From the NCBI RefSeq assembly GCF_001677475.2, contig NZ_CP015229.1: a stretch of DNA of 64,000 bases; one strand, 5' to 3'. Below the pieces are notes generated by a model. That model worked only from the letters and a program-made list of their open reading frames with translations. It was not told the origin of the DNA and did no database searches. This DNA is from Escherichia coli. Lineage in GTDB: Bacteria; Pseudomonadota; Gammaproteobacteria; Enterobacterales; Enterobacteriaceae. The position numbers and the translations under genes were made by a program. This document shows positions 43,230-52,782 of the stretch, in pieces. Position 1 is the first letter of the stretch, and every line of letters begins with the position of its first letter.

Positions 43230-43775
43230 ATGGCTACGATCCCAACCCTCACTCAACCTGAAATTGCCATCGTTGATGGTCAGGTTGTTACTTCATCCCT
43301 GGCTGTTGCCAACTTCTTCTCCAAACGTCATGACGATGTACTGAAAAAGATCCGCACGCTTGAATGCTCAGCATCATTCACTGCCCGCAATTTTTCGGTG
43401 AGTGATTACACTGATTGCACAGGTCGCAAACTTCATTGCTACCAAATCACACGCGACGGTTTTGCGTTTCTTGCTATGGGTTTCACGGGTAAACGTGCTG
43501 CCCAGTTCAAAGAGGCATATATCAATGCCTTTAACCAGATGGAGAAACAGCTTTCAAAGCCCGCTGTACCGAGCGACGTTGCACATAACGCCAGCGTTCT
43601 CTGTTCCTACATTTCATCAATTCATCAGGTCTGGCTGCAGCAGCTTTATCCTATGTTGGCAAAAGCCGAATCTCCGCTGGCTGTTAGCTTATATGATTAT
43701 ATTAATGATGCTTCGGCGCTGGCCTGCCTCATAAATTTGTCGCTGAACCCTTCAGAGGTAAGGGGGCGCAAATGA
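43230..43775 (+). CDS. rha: Rha-family phage regulatory protein
   Basis: In-frame ATG with AAGAGG RBS inside ORF-track 42624..43775; MATIPTLTQPEIAIVDGQVVTSSLAVANFFSKRHDDVLKKI matches Rha domain. Confidence 0.65.
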   Translation: MATIPTLTQPEIAIVDGQVVTSSLAVANFFSKRHDDVLKKIRTLECSASFTARNFSVSDYTDCTGRKLHCYQITRDGFAFLAMGFTGKRAAQFKEAYINAFNQMEKQLSKPAVPSDVAHNASVLCSYISSIHQVWLQQLYPMLAKAESPLAVSLYDYINDASALACLINLSLNPSEVRGRK

Positions 43776-43996
43776 TCCGGAATATTTTCAAACGTTTTAC
43801 CAATCAGACTTTCCGTTGTCCTCGTCCGGGTCAGTGGTACACCACGCCTGCAGGGCATGTTCTACGTGTTAGCCTGGTTGACCGTGAATGTCAGAAGGTG
43901 GTTTGTGAACCGCTGGGCCGTAATTACCGCGTCAGTATGCCGCTTATAGCCTTTTGCTCCGGAAAAAACATGAAGCATCTCGGAGGTGCAGCATGA
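43772..43996 (+). CDS. Hypothetical small phage protein (74 aa)
   Basis: ORF track; ATGA overlap with rha stop. Confidence 0.4.
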   Translation: MIRNIFKRFTNQTFRCPRPGQWYTTPAGHVLRVSLVDRECQKVVCEPLGRNYRVSMPLIAFCSGKNMKHLGGAA

Positions 43997-44811
43997 GTAT
44001 GGAGCTGATGGTTAAAGCGATGAAAATTCGAGTGGGTAATCCATTGCGAAAACTGGTTCTGATCAAGCTGGCTGATAATGCCAGCGATCAGGGTGAGTGC
44101 TGGCCCAGCTACCAGCATATTGCTGACCAGTGCGAGATTAGCAAACGTTCTGTGATGAATCATATTGCGGCCCTTTGTGATTCCGGGCTGGTAAAAAAAG
44201 TCACCCGGAAAGGTGAAAAAGGTAACTCAAGTAATATCTATCTCCTTCATCTTGATGGTGCAGGAGATTCACTAGGGGGTAGTGCAAATAATTCACTATC
44301 TGGTGCAGCAAATTCACCAGGTAGTGCAGGAGTTGCACCAGGGGGTGGTGCAGGAGATTCACCCAGAACCAGTCACTCTTTTGAACCAGTCAAAGAACCA
44401 GTCAATGAACCAATAGCTGTTGGTGCATCTGCTGATGAGTCTGTGCGAGTTCGTTCAAACCGACCGGAATACTCTCCGGAGTTTGAGCAGGCATGGCTGG
44501 CATACCCCAAACGTGCTGGTGGCAATTCAAAATCTGCAGCCTTCAAAGCCTGGAAAGCCCGTTTGAATGAGGGGGTAAAACCCGAAACCATGCTGGAAGG
44601 TGTGAAACGCTACGCGGGCTGGGTATCTGCGATGGGTAACAGCGGCACACAATTTGTGAAACAGGCTGTCACGTTCTTTGGTCCGGATCGTCATTTCGAA
44701 GAATCCTGGGAAGTTCCTGCGGTATCTGCAGCCAGACGCGAGGACCCGTACTTCAAAGCCAGTTACGACAACGTGGACTACAGCCAGATCCCGGCAGGAT
44801 TCAGGGGGTAA
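43993..44811 (+). CDS. Phage replisome organiser with DnaT-like C-terminal domain
   Basis: ORF track 43954..44811; N-terminal HTH (LIKLADNASDQGECWPSYQHIADQCEISKRSVMNHIAAL); Gly/Ser/Ala linker; C-terminus ...DYSQIPAGFRG close to host DnaT ...[10 protein letters not shown]. Confidence 0.65.
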   Translation: MSMELMVKAMKIRVGNPLRKLVLIKLADNASDQGECWPSYQHIADQCEISKRSVMNHIAALCDSGLVKKVTRKGEKGNSSNIYLLHLDGAGDSLGGSANNSLSGAANSPGSAGVAPGGGAGDSPRTSHSFEPVKEPVNEPIAVGASADESVRVRSNRPEYSPEFEQAWLAYPKRAGGNSKSAAFKAWKARLNEGVKPETMLEGVKRYAGWVSAMGNSGTQFVKQAVTFFGPDRHFEESWEVPAVSAARREDPYFKASYDNVDYSQIPAGFRG

Positions 44812-44813
44812 TC

Positions 44814-45302
44814 ATGAGTCTTTTGAATGAAGTTCAGAAATTCATTGAAGCCCATCCGGGGTGTACTTCCGGAGACATTGCAGATGCTTTTGCAGGTTAC
44901 TCACGGCAGCGCGTTCTGCAGTCAGCAAGCAAGTTACGTCAGAGTGGGCGTGTGGCTCACCGTTGTGAAGGAGATACACGCAGACATTTCCCGCGCCTGA
45001 CTGAGAGAGCGCAGGAGCCGGAACCACAACCAGTTCGTGAAACCAGACCTGTGCGCAATTTCTATGTCGGCACTAACGATCCCCGGGTAATTTTGTGCCT
45101 GACCCGCCAGGCTGAAGAACTGGAGTCCAGGGGCTTATACCGTCGTGCTGCAACCGTGTGGATGGCGGCATTCCGTGAAAGCCACTCCCAGTCAGAACGA
45201 AACAATTTTCTGGCGCGCCGTGAGCGGTGCTTACGGAAAAGCAGCAAGCGCGCTGTATCGGGTGATGAGTGGTATCTGTCAGGGAATTACGTGGGGGCTT
45301 AA
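44814..45302 (+). CDS. PerC-family-like transcriptional regulator
   Basis: ORF track 162 aa; LESRGLYRRAATVWMAAF...RRERC resembles PerC/Pch motif. Confidence 0.5.
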   Translation: MSLLNEVQKFIEAHPGCTSGDIADAFAGYSRQRVLQSASKLRQSGRVAHRCEGDTRRHFPRLTERAQEPEPQPVRETRPVRNFYVGTNDPRVILCLTRQAEELESRGLYRRAATVWMAAFRESHSQSERNNFLARRERCLRKSSKRAVSGDEWYLSGNYVGA

Positions 45303-45955
45303 TGAGTAATAAATATTGCCAGGCGCTGGTGGAACTGCGGAACAAACCAGCCCATGAACTGAAGGAAGTGGGCGATCAGTGGCGCACGCCGGACAACATT
45401 TTCTGGGGAATTAACACCCTGTTTGGCCCGTTTGTTCTGGATCTGTTCACCGACGGTGATAACGCCAAATGTGCCGCGTATTACACGGCGGAAGACAATG
45501 CGCTGGCGCATGACTGGTCAGAACGTCTTGCGGAGCTTAAAGGTGCTGCCTTTGGTAATCCCCCATACAGCCGCGCCAGTCAGCATGAGGGGCAATACAT
45601 CACCGGCATGCGTTACATCATGAAGCATGCCAGTGCCATGCGTGATAAGGGCGGACGCTATGTTTTCCTGATCAAAGCTGCCACCAGCGAAGTGTGGTGG
45701 CCGGAAGATGCAGATCATATTGCTTTTATTCGCGGGCGTATTGGTTTTGAAGTGCCTGCCTGGTTTATCCCGAAAGACGAGAAGCAGGTGCCGACAGGCG
45801 CTTTCTTCGCTGGTGCTATTGCTGTTTTCGATAAGACCTGGAAGGGACCGGCAATCAGCTACATCGGGCGCGATGAACTTGAGGCATGTGGTGAGGCGTT
45901 TCTGGCGCAGGTTCGCCAGCAGGCAGAACGGCTGGTCAGGGAGATAGTGGCATGA
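45302..45955 (+). CDS. Phage DNA N6-adenine methyltransferase (Dam-like)
   Basis: ORF track 45269..45955; start at MSNKYCQALVEL; catalytic NPPY motif (FGNPPYS). Confidence 0.7.
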   Translation: MSNKYCQALVELRNKPAHELKEVGDQWRTPDNIFWGINTLFGPFVLDLFTDGDNAKCAAYYTAEDNALAHDWSERLAELKGAAFGNPPYSRASQHEGQYITGMRYIMKHASAMRDKGGRYVFLIKAATSEVWWPEDADHIAFIRGRIGFEVPAWFIPKDEKQVPTGAFFAGAIAVFDKTWKGPAISYIGRDELEACGEAFLAQVRQQAERLVREIVA

Positions 45956-46341
45956 AGCTGATCCTGCCTTTTCCGCCCAGCGTGAACACGTACTGGCGAC
46001 ACCCCAACAAAGGGGCGTTTGCAGGTAAGAGCCTGATAAGCGCGGCGGGGCGCAAATTCCAGAGCGCGGCGTGTGCAGCAATAGTTGAGCAGTTACGTCG
46101 TCTGCCGAAACCAACGTCGGCACCTGCTTCAGTGGAGATCGTGTTGTTTCCTCCGGATAACCGGATCCGCGATCTGGACAACTATAACAAGGCGCTGTTT
46201 GACGCCCTGACCCACGCGGGTGTGTGGGAAGACGACAGTCAGGTGAAAAGAATGCTGGTGGAGTGGGGACCGGTTATCCCGGAAGGGAAGGTCGAGATCA
46301 CTATCAGTAAGTACGAGAAAACGGCGGGTGCAGCCGCCTGA
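45952..46341 (+). CDS. rusA: RusA-family Holliday junction resolvase
   Basis: ORF track 129 aa; MKLILPFPPSVNTYWRH...RDLDNYNKALFDALTHAGVWEDDSQV. Confidence 0.8.
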   Translation: MKLILPFPPSVNTYWRHPNKGAFAGKSLISAAGRKFQSAACAAIVEQLRRLPKPTSAPASVEIVLFPPDNRIRDLDNYNKALFDALTHAGVWEDDSQVKRMLVEWGPVIPEGKVEITISKYEKTAGAAA

Positions 46342-46360
46342 TCAAGAGGAGAAACGAAGT

Positions 46361-47203
46361 ATGAATAATCTGATGGTCATTGATGGTATTGAAGTTCGTC
46401 GTGATGCTTATGGGCGTTACAGCCTGAACGATCTGCATCGGGCTGCTGTTGCATCTGGTGCAAATGCCAGAACTAAGGAGCCGGGAAAGTTTCTTTCCAG
46501 CCAACAGATTACTGAGCTGGTTCAGGAATTGATCGATACCCAAAATTTGGGTGTCGGTTCATTCAATGAAACTACCCAAAATTTGGGTAGTAAACCAGTA
46601 AGTAAAATAGAAGGGCGGAATGGAGGAACGTATGTCTGCAAGGAACTGGTGTATGCCTATGCAATGTGGATCAGCCCGTCATTCCATCTGAAGGTGATCC
46701 GTACTTTCGATATGGTAACCAGCACACCGGAAAAATTATCCGGGCAGGCTGCTGACAAGATGCAGGCTGGCGTGATCCTGCTGGACTTTATGCGCCGGGA
46801 ATTAAACCTGTCTAACTCATCAGTGCTTGGAGCCTGTCAGAAGCTTCAGGAGGCTGTTGGCTTACCGAATCTGGCACCGCGCTATGCCATTGATGCTCCT
46901 GCTGACGCGCCTGATGGCTCAAGTCGCCCCACGCTGTCGCTGAGTGCACTGCTGAAACAGTATGGTATCCGCCTGACGGCTAATCAGGCATATCACCAGA
47001 TGGTGAAGCTGGGGATCGTTGAACAACGCGAACGATACAGCCGTACCGCGATTAACAACATCAAAAAATTCTGGTCGCTGACGGCGAAAGGCTGCATGTT
47101 CGGCAAGAACATCACCAGTCCTGCAAATCCGCGCGAGACGCAGCCGCATTTCTTCGAATCCCGATTCCCTGAGCTGTTAAAGCTGCTCGATACCGTTCAT
47201 TGA
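46361..47203 (+). CDS. KilA-N domain protein
   Basis: ORF track 46328..47203; start MNNLMVIDGIEVRRD with GAGGAG RBS; N-terminal KilA-N-like region. Confidence 0.55.
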   Translation: MNNLMVIDGIEVRRDAYGRYSLNDLHRAAVASGANARTKEPGKFLSSQQITELVQELIDTQNLGVGSFNETTQNLGSKPVSKIEGRNGGTYVCKELVYAYAMWISPSFHLKVIRTFDMVTSTPEKLSGQAADKMQAGVILLDFMRRELNLSNSSVLGACQKLQEAVGLPNLAPRYAIDAPADAPDGSSRPTLSLSALLKQYGIRLTANQAYHQMVKLGIVEQRERYSRTAINNIKKFWSLTAKGCMFGKNITSPANPRETQPHFFESRFPELLKLLDTVH

Positions 47204-47204
47204 G

Positions 47205-48200
47205 GTGACCGTGAGAGCACTACTGACCCCTGAAATTGCCCCGCGTATGGGGATCGTATTGTTCAGGCCAGGTTCAGAGCTGATGCCCCTGTTTATGCAG
47301 GGGCGTGTCCTGCTGGAGCCTGAGCCGGAACGTTATTCATCTTTCGCCAGTGGTGCCGTTCCGGCGGCATCACAACCGCTGGCGGATGATCCTGCCGTTC
47401 GGGCCGTGTTCCGCAATGAGGCAGTGATCCGTCGTGCTGGTGGCGTGGAATGTCTTGAAAGCTGGTTACTTCGTGAAAAGGGCTGTCAGTGGCCTCATTC
47501 CGACTGGCACAGCGAGAACATGACCACAATGCGACACGCGCCGGGCGCAATCCGTCTGTGTTGGCACTGCGATAACCAGTTGCGTGATCAGTTCACGGAA
47601 CGGCTGGAATCAATGGCAACGGATAACTGTGCCCGCTGGGTGTTATCTGTCGTGCGTCGGGATCTCGGTTTTGATGACAGTCACGTAGTGACAATGCCGG
47701 AACTGTGCTGGTGGCTGGTTCGTAATGACCTGGCGGATGCCTTACCGGAAAGTGCAGCCCGTAAGGCACTGAGATTACCGAAGCCTGTTGTGCCGTCTGT
47801 CACCCGGGAAAGTGACCTTGTGCCTTCGGTTCCTGCCACCAGCATCATCCAGGATAAAGCGAAAAAGGTGCTGGCGCTGAAAGTGGATCCGGAGTCGCCG
47901 GAGTCTTTTATGTTACGCCCAAAACGTCGCCGCTGGGTTAATGAAAAGTACACGCGCTGGGTTAAGACACAGCCGTGTGCATGTTGTGGAAAGCCCGCTG
48001 ATGATCCCCACCACCTGATAGGCCACGGTCAGGGTGGAATGGGTACAAAAGCGCATGACCTTTTTGTGTTGCCTTTGTGCAGAAAGCATCACGACGAGCT
48101 GCATGCGAATACCGTGGCATTTGAAGAGAATTATGGCTCCCAGCTGGAGCTGATATTTCGTTTTATCGATCGTGCGCTGGCAATAGGCGTACTGGCGTAA
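47205..48200 (+). CDS. DUF968-like prophage protein with C-terminal HNH-like zinc finger
   Basis: ORF track 331 aa; CACCGKPADDPHHLIGHGQGG...LCRKHHDELH; resembles YdfU-type proteins found next to Q. Confidence 0.55.
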   Translation: MTVRALLTPEIAPRMGIVLFRPGSELMPLFMQGRVLLEPEPERYSSFASGAVPAASQPLADDPAVRAVFRNEAVIRRAGGVECLESWLLREKGCQWPHSDWHSENMTTMRHAPGAIRLCWHCDNQLRDQFTERLESMATDNCARWVLSVVRRDLGFDDSHVVTMPELCWWLVRNDLADALPESAARKALRLPKPVVPSVTRESDLVPSVPATSIIQDKAKKVLALKVDPESPESFMLRPKRRRWVNEKYTRWVKTQPCACCGKPADDPHHLIGHGQGGMGTKAHDLFVLPLCRKHHDELHANTVAFEENYGSQLELIFRFIDRALAIGVLA

Positions 48201-48213
48201 GTGGAGAACGAGC

Positions 48214-48966
48214 ATGAACCTTGAAGCTTTACCAAAATATTACTCCCCAAAATCGCCAAAATTGAGTGATGACGCACCGGCGACAGGCTCGGGTGGTTTA
48301 ACAATAACAGATGTGATGGCTGCGCAGGGGATGGTGCAGTCGAAAGCTCCGCTTGGTTTTGCCTTATTCCTGGCAAAAGTTGGTGTTCAGGATCCTCAGT
48401 TTGCGATTGAAGGTCTGCTCAATTACGCGATGGCAATGGATAATCCGACATTGAACAAATTGAGTGAAGAAATCCGGTTACAGATCATCCCTTACCTTGT
48501 GAATTTTGCCTTTGCTGATTATTCCAGGTCTGCGGCAAGTAAGGCTCGCTGTGAGTATTGTGCTGGTACTGGATTTCATAATGTATTGCGCGAAGTGGTG
48601 AAACACTCCAGAAGCGGGGAATCTGTTATCAAGGAAGAGTGGGTGAAGGAACTATGTCAGCATTGCCATGGTAAGGGAGAAGTCAGCACAGCGTGCAGAG
48701 GGTGTAAGGGGAAAGGTATTGTCCTGGATGAAAAAAGAACCCGGCTTCATAGCACGCCTGTTTATAAGGTTTGTGGGCGTTGCAATGGAAACCGGTTTAG
48801 TCGTTTACCAACGACACTGGCGCGGTGTCATGTCCAGAAGCTGGTACCAGACCTGACGGATTATCAGTGGTACAAAGGATATGCAGATGTCATTGATAAA
48901 CTGGTTACAAAGTGCTGGCAGGAAGAAGCATATGCTGAGGTGCAATTAAGAAAAGTGACGAGATAA
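48214..48966 (+). CDS. Q: Late-gene antitermination protein Q (phage 82/Qin QuuQ type)
   Basis: ORF track 250 aa; zinc-finger repeats CEYCAGTG, CQHCHGKG, CRGCKGKG; immediately upstream of lysis module. Confidence 0.75.
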   Translation: MNLEALPKYYSPKSPKLSDDAPATGSGGLTITDVMAAQGMVQSKAPLGFALFLAKVGVQDPQFAIEGLLNYAMAMDNPTLNKLSEEIRLQIIPYLVNFAFADYSRSAASKARCEYCAGTGFHNVLREVVKHSRSGESVIKEEWVKELCQHCHGKGEVSTACRGCKGKGIVLDEKRTRLHSTPVYKVCGRCNGNRFSRLPTTLARCHVQKLVPDLTDYQWYKGYADVIDKLVTKCWQEEAYAEVQLRKVTR

Positions 48967-49111
48967 ATGATTTTCACCGAACGATGGCGACATAACGATT
49001 GTATTTTCTAAGGAAACGTGCAAAGAGTTTTCCAATGATGAGCCTTATATGCATACCGGTGGAAAATATCAATAAGCCGCGCAGAGTGGTTTTTTTGTGG
49101 ACATAAACTTT

Positions 49112-49155
49112 GTGCAGAACGGTAACCATTATGGTTGCCGTGAATGCAGTTTTTT
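49112..49155 (+). terminator. Putative tR'-like intrinsic terminator downstream of Q
   Basis: tgca-gaa-cggtaacca tta tggttgccg-tgaa-tgca hairpin followed by TTTTTTT. Confidence 0.5.
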
Positions 49156-49727
49156 TACATTGCTGGCTTTTTTAGATTTGTGTTAGTTATTGATATTAAC
49201 AAGAAGGGGAAAAGACATGCTAAAACGGCAGGATATGAAGGAAACGGTTATGCGTGAATGTTCCAGTGTGATTAACCATATCATCTGGAGAAGCCATCCT
49301 GATGCAGGGAAGAGGTAACAGTAACGCGCATCAATCAGGCTGCAAATAAATGGCTTACGCCGGAAATCTGGCTATCGATGTATTACCGGTTTGTTACCCA
49401 TGAAGAAAATTAAGGTGATAACGAAACTGATTTTATAGGTGTCTTGTCAGAGTGTTGCGATGAAACTTGTGTTGGCAGTGCAGGGAAAACAGTAGGATGA
49501 AAATTATAAATTGCTTTAAATTAGCTTGATTTTCCTCATGTTATGAGATATTTGTCTTATATTGCTGGTTAATTATGAAAATTTTTGTAAATCTACAGCA
49601 ATAAAATCCATATTAATTAAAGCACTAGATGCGTTTCTGATTTGTGCATGAAACATACATATCATAATGATTAATTGCATCTATAATTACAGATACAGCA
49701 TTGTGCTGTTAAAAAACTGGAGTCCCC

Positions 49728-49835
49728 ATGAATACATTATATGTAAGTGATTCAAATGAAAAATCTCATGACAGGAATAAAAACAATGAGGATAGTAAGG
49801 GTAAGGATAATAAAAAAGACAACCGGAAAGAGTAA
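49728..49835 (+). CDS. Candidate small hydrophilic protein (35 aa)
   Basis: Own reading: ATG with GGAG RBS, MNTLYVSDSNEKSHDRNKNNEDSKGKDNKKDNRKE; below ORF-track length cut-off. Confidence 0.3.
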   Translation: MNTLYVSDSNEKSHDRNKNNEDSKGKDNKKDNRKE

Positions 49836-49870
49836 ATAATCTTTCCTGCATAAAAATACTAGGGTGGAAT

Positions 49871-49990
49871 ATGTCAGAACATCCAGATTTTGATGACCGT
49901 AAGCCTGATGATGAGCCCGTTGAGCGTCCTGATGAGGGGCAACCATTGAACCCTTTTTCACCGGATGATAAAAGAGATCCTATTATTTAG
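49871..49990 (+). CDS. Candidate small acidic protein (39 aa)
   Basis: Own reading: ATG with GGGTGG RBS, MSEHPDFDDRKPDDEPVERPDEGQPLNPFSPDDKRDPII; followed by terminator. Confidence 0.3.
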   Translation: MSEHPDFDDRKPDDEPVERPDEGQPLNPFSPDDKRDPII

Positions 49991-50044
49991 ATATAGCAGA
50001 ATATAGCCGTTTAAAGTAGGTTGTGTTTTGTTGCTATCCTTAAA

Positions 50045-50069
50045 CCACCTCCACAGGAGGTGGTTTTTT
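50045..50069 (+). terminator. Intrinsic terminator
   Basis: ccacctcc-aca-ggaggtgg then TTTTTT. Confidence 0.7.
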
Positions 50070-50126
50070 ACTAATGGAACATTAATTGGCAGATGTGATT
50101 GTGTACAACTTATGGGAGGCTTAAGA

Positions 50127-50315
50127 TTATTTTCTGCCAATAATAAAACCAAGCGTTAACCCTATGCTTAGAGCAACCACCACGCTAGTCAGTGGATAAT
50201 TTCTAAATTTATCTTTAACGTTTTCTTTGCCTCCCTGCAAAGCATCGTCAGCACATGATGCATATTTTTTGACAGTATTAACTATTTCGTTTTCAGATTG
50301 ATTTGAAGTCATGTT
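50127..50315 (-). CDS. Small membrane-anchored protein with ElaB/DUF883-like C-terminal tail
   Basis: ORF track 50127..50411; internal ATG gives MTSNQSENEIVNTVKKYASCADDALQGGKENVKDKFRNYPLTSVVVALSIGLTLGFIIGRK. Confidence 0.4.
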   Translation of the reverse strand, partial: NMTSNQSENEIVNTVKKYASCADDALQGGKENVKDKFRNYPLTSVVVALSIGLTLGFIIGRK

Positions 50316-50765
50316 TGAAGTCCTGATGTTAAGTGGCTTTTTAATTATAGCAGATATGCTTTCAATGATAGGGCGGAGAGTTGTTATTGAGGTGATACTA
50401 TGACCACTCAATCAACATTACATAAAATGACGTTTACTCCTGTTTGGCACAGTAGCAGAATTTTGCTTCTGCTACTGAAGTCGCTTTAGCACTAGAATAT
50501 GCAGATGGATAAAGCAGTTCAGCGTATGTACTGCGTCATGCATATCGGTCTTGCAGATATGACGAGAAGGGGAGACAAGGTGTGTGTAATGTAGAAGTCT
50601 TTAAAGTGCTGTCTGGGATAACTCTATACTGAAGTGCAATTGATAAAAGTAACACGATAAAGGTTTTTCAATGAAGATGGTAACGTGATGCTTGCATTTT
50701 TCAAAAAATATGGATAAAATTTTTTCAACGATGGGCTTTGTATACCCGACGTTAAGAAAAAGTAG

Positions 50766-50788
50766 AAAACCCGCTGATGAGCGGGTTT
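50766..50788 (-). terminator. Hairpin terminator downstream of cspF-like gene
   Basis: aaacccgct-gatg-agcgggttt with T-rich flanks both sides. Confidence 0.5.
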
Positions 50789-51081
50789 TGTGCTTTAAAT
50801 GGGGCAATGGTAATGTTGAATCTCATCCCGGGACTCATGTCTGTTAACTTATTATTTAGCTGGTGACTTGGTTATTTGCCTGATGTTTAAAATGTTTTCT
50901 TCCAGTACAATGTCCCTAAACACAATGAGTCTGCTTATTATATTATTAGCAGAGCTATTACGGCCAAAGTACAGCATAAGCTTTTAAAGCCAGTCAACCA
51001 GTCATCAAGACAGACGGGGTTATTCATAAAAACTCTCCATGTGTGATCCGATGGGGCCTGAAATTAAAGCTTTAATATAGC

Positions 51082-51294
51082 TCATGAAAGGTAAACATTG
51101 GCAGCTGAAGGGCCACGCAGAGCATTTATCCGGCAAAATTCCACGCGTAATCCGGTGGTAATTTCTTCTGCATCGCGGAGATTGAGCGCTGAAACATGAA
51201 GCTGGACATCGATACGACCATCGGATGGGGTGATAAGACCCTTGCCGCTTTTGCCGTCAAAGGTTTTGACAATTCCTGTCATTTTACGGGACAA
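51082..51294 (-). CDS. cspF: Cold-shock-domain protein, CspF/CspH-like
   Basis: ORF track 70 aa; [37 protein letters not shown]... Confidence 0.8.
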   Translation of the reverse strand: MSRKMTGIVKTFDGKSGKGLITPSDGRIDVQLHVSALNLRDAEEITTGLRVEFCRINALRGPSAANVYLS

Positions 51295-51594
51295 AAAAAT
51301 TCCTTAATACTGATAACTTGGCGCACTATACACACGTTCCTGAAGAAAGCTATAGTTTTTTGATGGGGTTGAAGATGGCTGGATGTCTAAAATAAACATT
51401 GCTTCATATGTTCAACTATGCGTTAATGATTGCGTCGGTTTGAAGAACAGACGATATACGAAGTAGTTTACTAAAGCAGTTCTCATTTCAGGTGTTATTC
51501 ACTTATTCCTTCTTTGAGTCTCTCCAATTAAGTACGAAGTCGTTTCTGTTATACAAGCCATTTATGCCGAAAGGCTCAAGTTAAGGAATGTAGA

Positions 51595-51810
51595 ATGTCA
51601 AATAAAATGACTGGTTTAGTAAAATGGTTTAACGCTGATAAAGGTTTTGGCTTTATTTCTCCTGTTGATGGTAGTAAAGATGTGTTTGTGCATTTTTCTG
51701 CGATTCAGAATGATAATTTTCGAACCTTATTTGAAGGTCAAAAGGTTACCTTCTCTGTAGAGAGTGGTGCTAAAGGTCCTGCAGCAGCAAATGTCATAAT
51801 TACTGATTAA
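51595..51810 (+). CDS. cspB: Cold-shock protein, CspB-like
   Basis: ORF track 71 aa; [38 protein letters not shown]; divergent from cspF as in Qin. Confidence 0.85.
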   Translation: MSNKMTGLVKWFNADKGFGFISPVDGSKDVFVHFSAIQNDNFRTLFEGQKVTFSVESGAKGPAAANVIITD

Positions 51811-52093
51811 AATTAATAGTTTGTCTGTATACGATAACGAAGAAGGCTGATGCCTGAGTGGAGATACAGACAGAGTGGTGAATATTGGATCTCTTTAATA
51901 AATAGTAAGGAGATCCAATACATGAAACAATGGCCAGCATATTTGGCAATAACTTAATCAGGAAAAGTATGCTAACCATTGTGGTGAAGTGCAGGTTTGC
52001 TGCATGAATAGTTTTACAGCAGAAGCTAACTGCTAGCATAGCAAAACAAAGTGCGTAAGTGGATGACTCCCACAAAAAGCACCACAATATTAA

Positions 52094-52116
52094 ACCCGCT
52101 CAGGCGGGTTTTTTAT
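52094..52116 (+). terminator. Intrinsic terminator after cspB
   Basis: acccgc-tcag-gcgggt followed by TTTTTT. Confidence 0.7.
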
Positions 52117-52173
52117 TATCTGCTTTAAATATGTTATTAAAATATAAAAAATACTTGTTACGAATAAAATCAA

Positions 52174-52344
52174 TCAAGCTACAGCTTTAAGATTTGTCTG
52201 GAATACTTTGTTGCAATGAGGGCAGATCAAAAGAGCACCTTTTTGTACTCTTGAAAAACTGTGTTCTGACTCTTGGGTGCAGTTTGGGCAGGAACATTTA
52301 ACGAGATAATTACGGCGTGATTTTGAGTCTTTACGTTCTGACAT
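52174..52344 (-). CDS. Hypothetical small zinc-ribbon protein
   Basis: ORF track 52174..52395; CSCPNC...CPHC cysteine pairs; start uncertain. Confidence 0.3.
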   Translation of the reverse strand: MSERKDSKSRRNYLVKCSCPNCTQESEHSFSRVQKGALLICPHCNKVFQTNLKAVA

Positions 52345-52562
52345 AGGCTTTTCCTGTATAAATGGCCGTATACAGTACACTAAATATGAAAACATATCTC
52401 GTATTATTATTTAATATATGATTTTCTTTTAAAATAATTACCCACATTTTTAATGTGTCTGTTTTTTAGCGCCGTTGAGAACAACGTTTGCTATAAAAAC
52501 TAACCCATAGACTCCGATCTTTTCAAACATATTGCACCATCTGTGTACATCGGGGTGAGGAT

Positions 52563-52778
52563 ATGAAATCAATGGATAAGTTAACAACAGGTATCGCCTA
52601 TGGCACATCGGCTGGTAATGCTGGTTTCTGGGCATTGCAGTTACTCGATAAAGTAACTCCGTCACAGTGGGCTGCAATCGGTGTGCTGGGTAGTCTGGTT
52701 TTTGGCCTGCTGACATATCTGACAAACCTTTATTTCAAGATTAAAGAAGACAGGCGTAAGGTTGCGAGAAGAGAGTAA
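52563..52778 (+). CDS. Phage holin (phage 21 S-type pinholin, EssQ/EssD-like) with dual-start motif
   Basis: ORF track 71 aa; [66 protein letters not shown]. Confidence 0.85.
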   Translation: MKSMDKLTTGIAYGTSAGNAGFWALQLLDKVTPSQWAAIGVLGSLVFGLLTYLTNLYFKIKEDRRKVARRE

Positions 52779-52782
52779 TCCA

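Noticed and set aside
42624-43775. Single 383-aa protein as given by the ORF track
   Set aside because: Only the C-terminal 181 aa form a recognisable Rha domain with its own RBS; the N-terminal part is better explained by a separate frameshifted gene.
48967-52560. Possible Shiga toxin or tRNA genes between Q and holin
   Set aside because: No A/B-subunit-like ORFs and no tRNA-like T-loop/acceptor sequences seen; the region holds csp genes and small ORFs instead.
52450-52725. 91-aa minus-strand ORF
   Set aside because: Overlaps the holin gene on the opposite strand.
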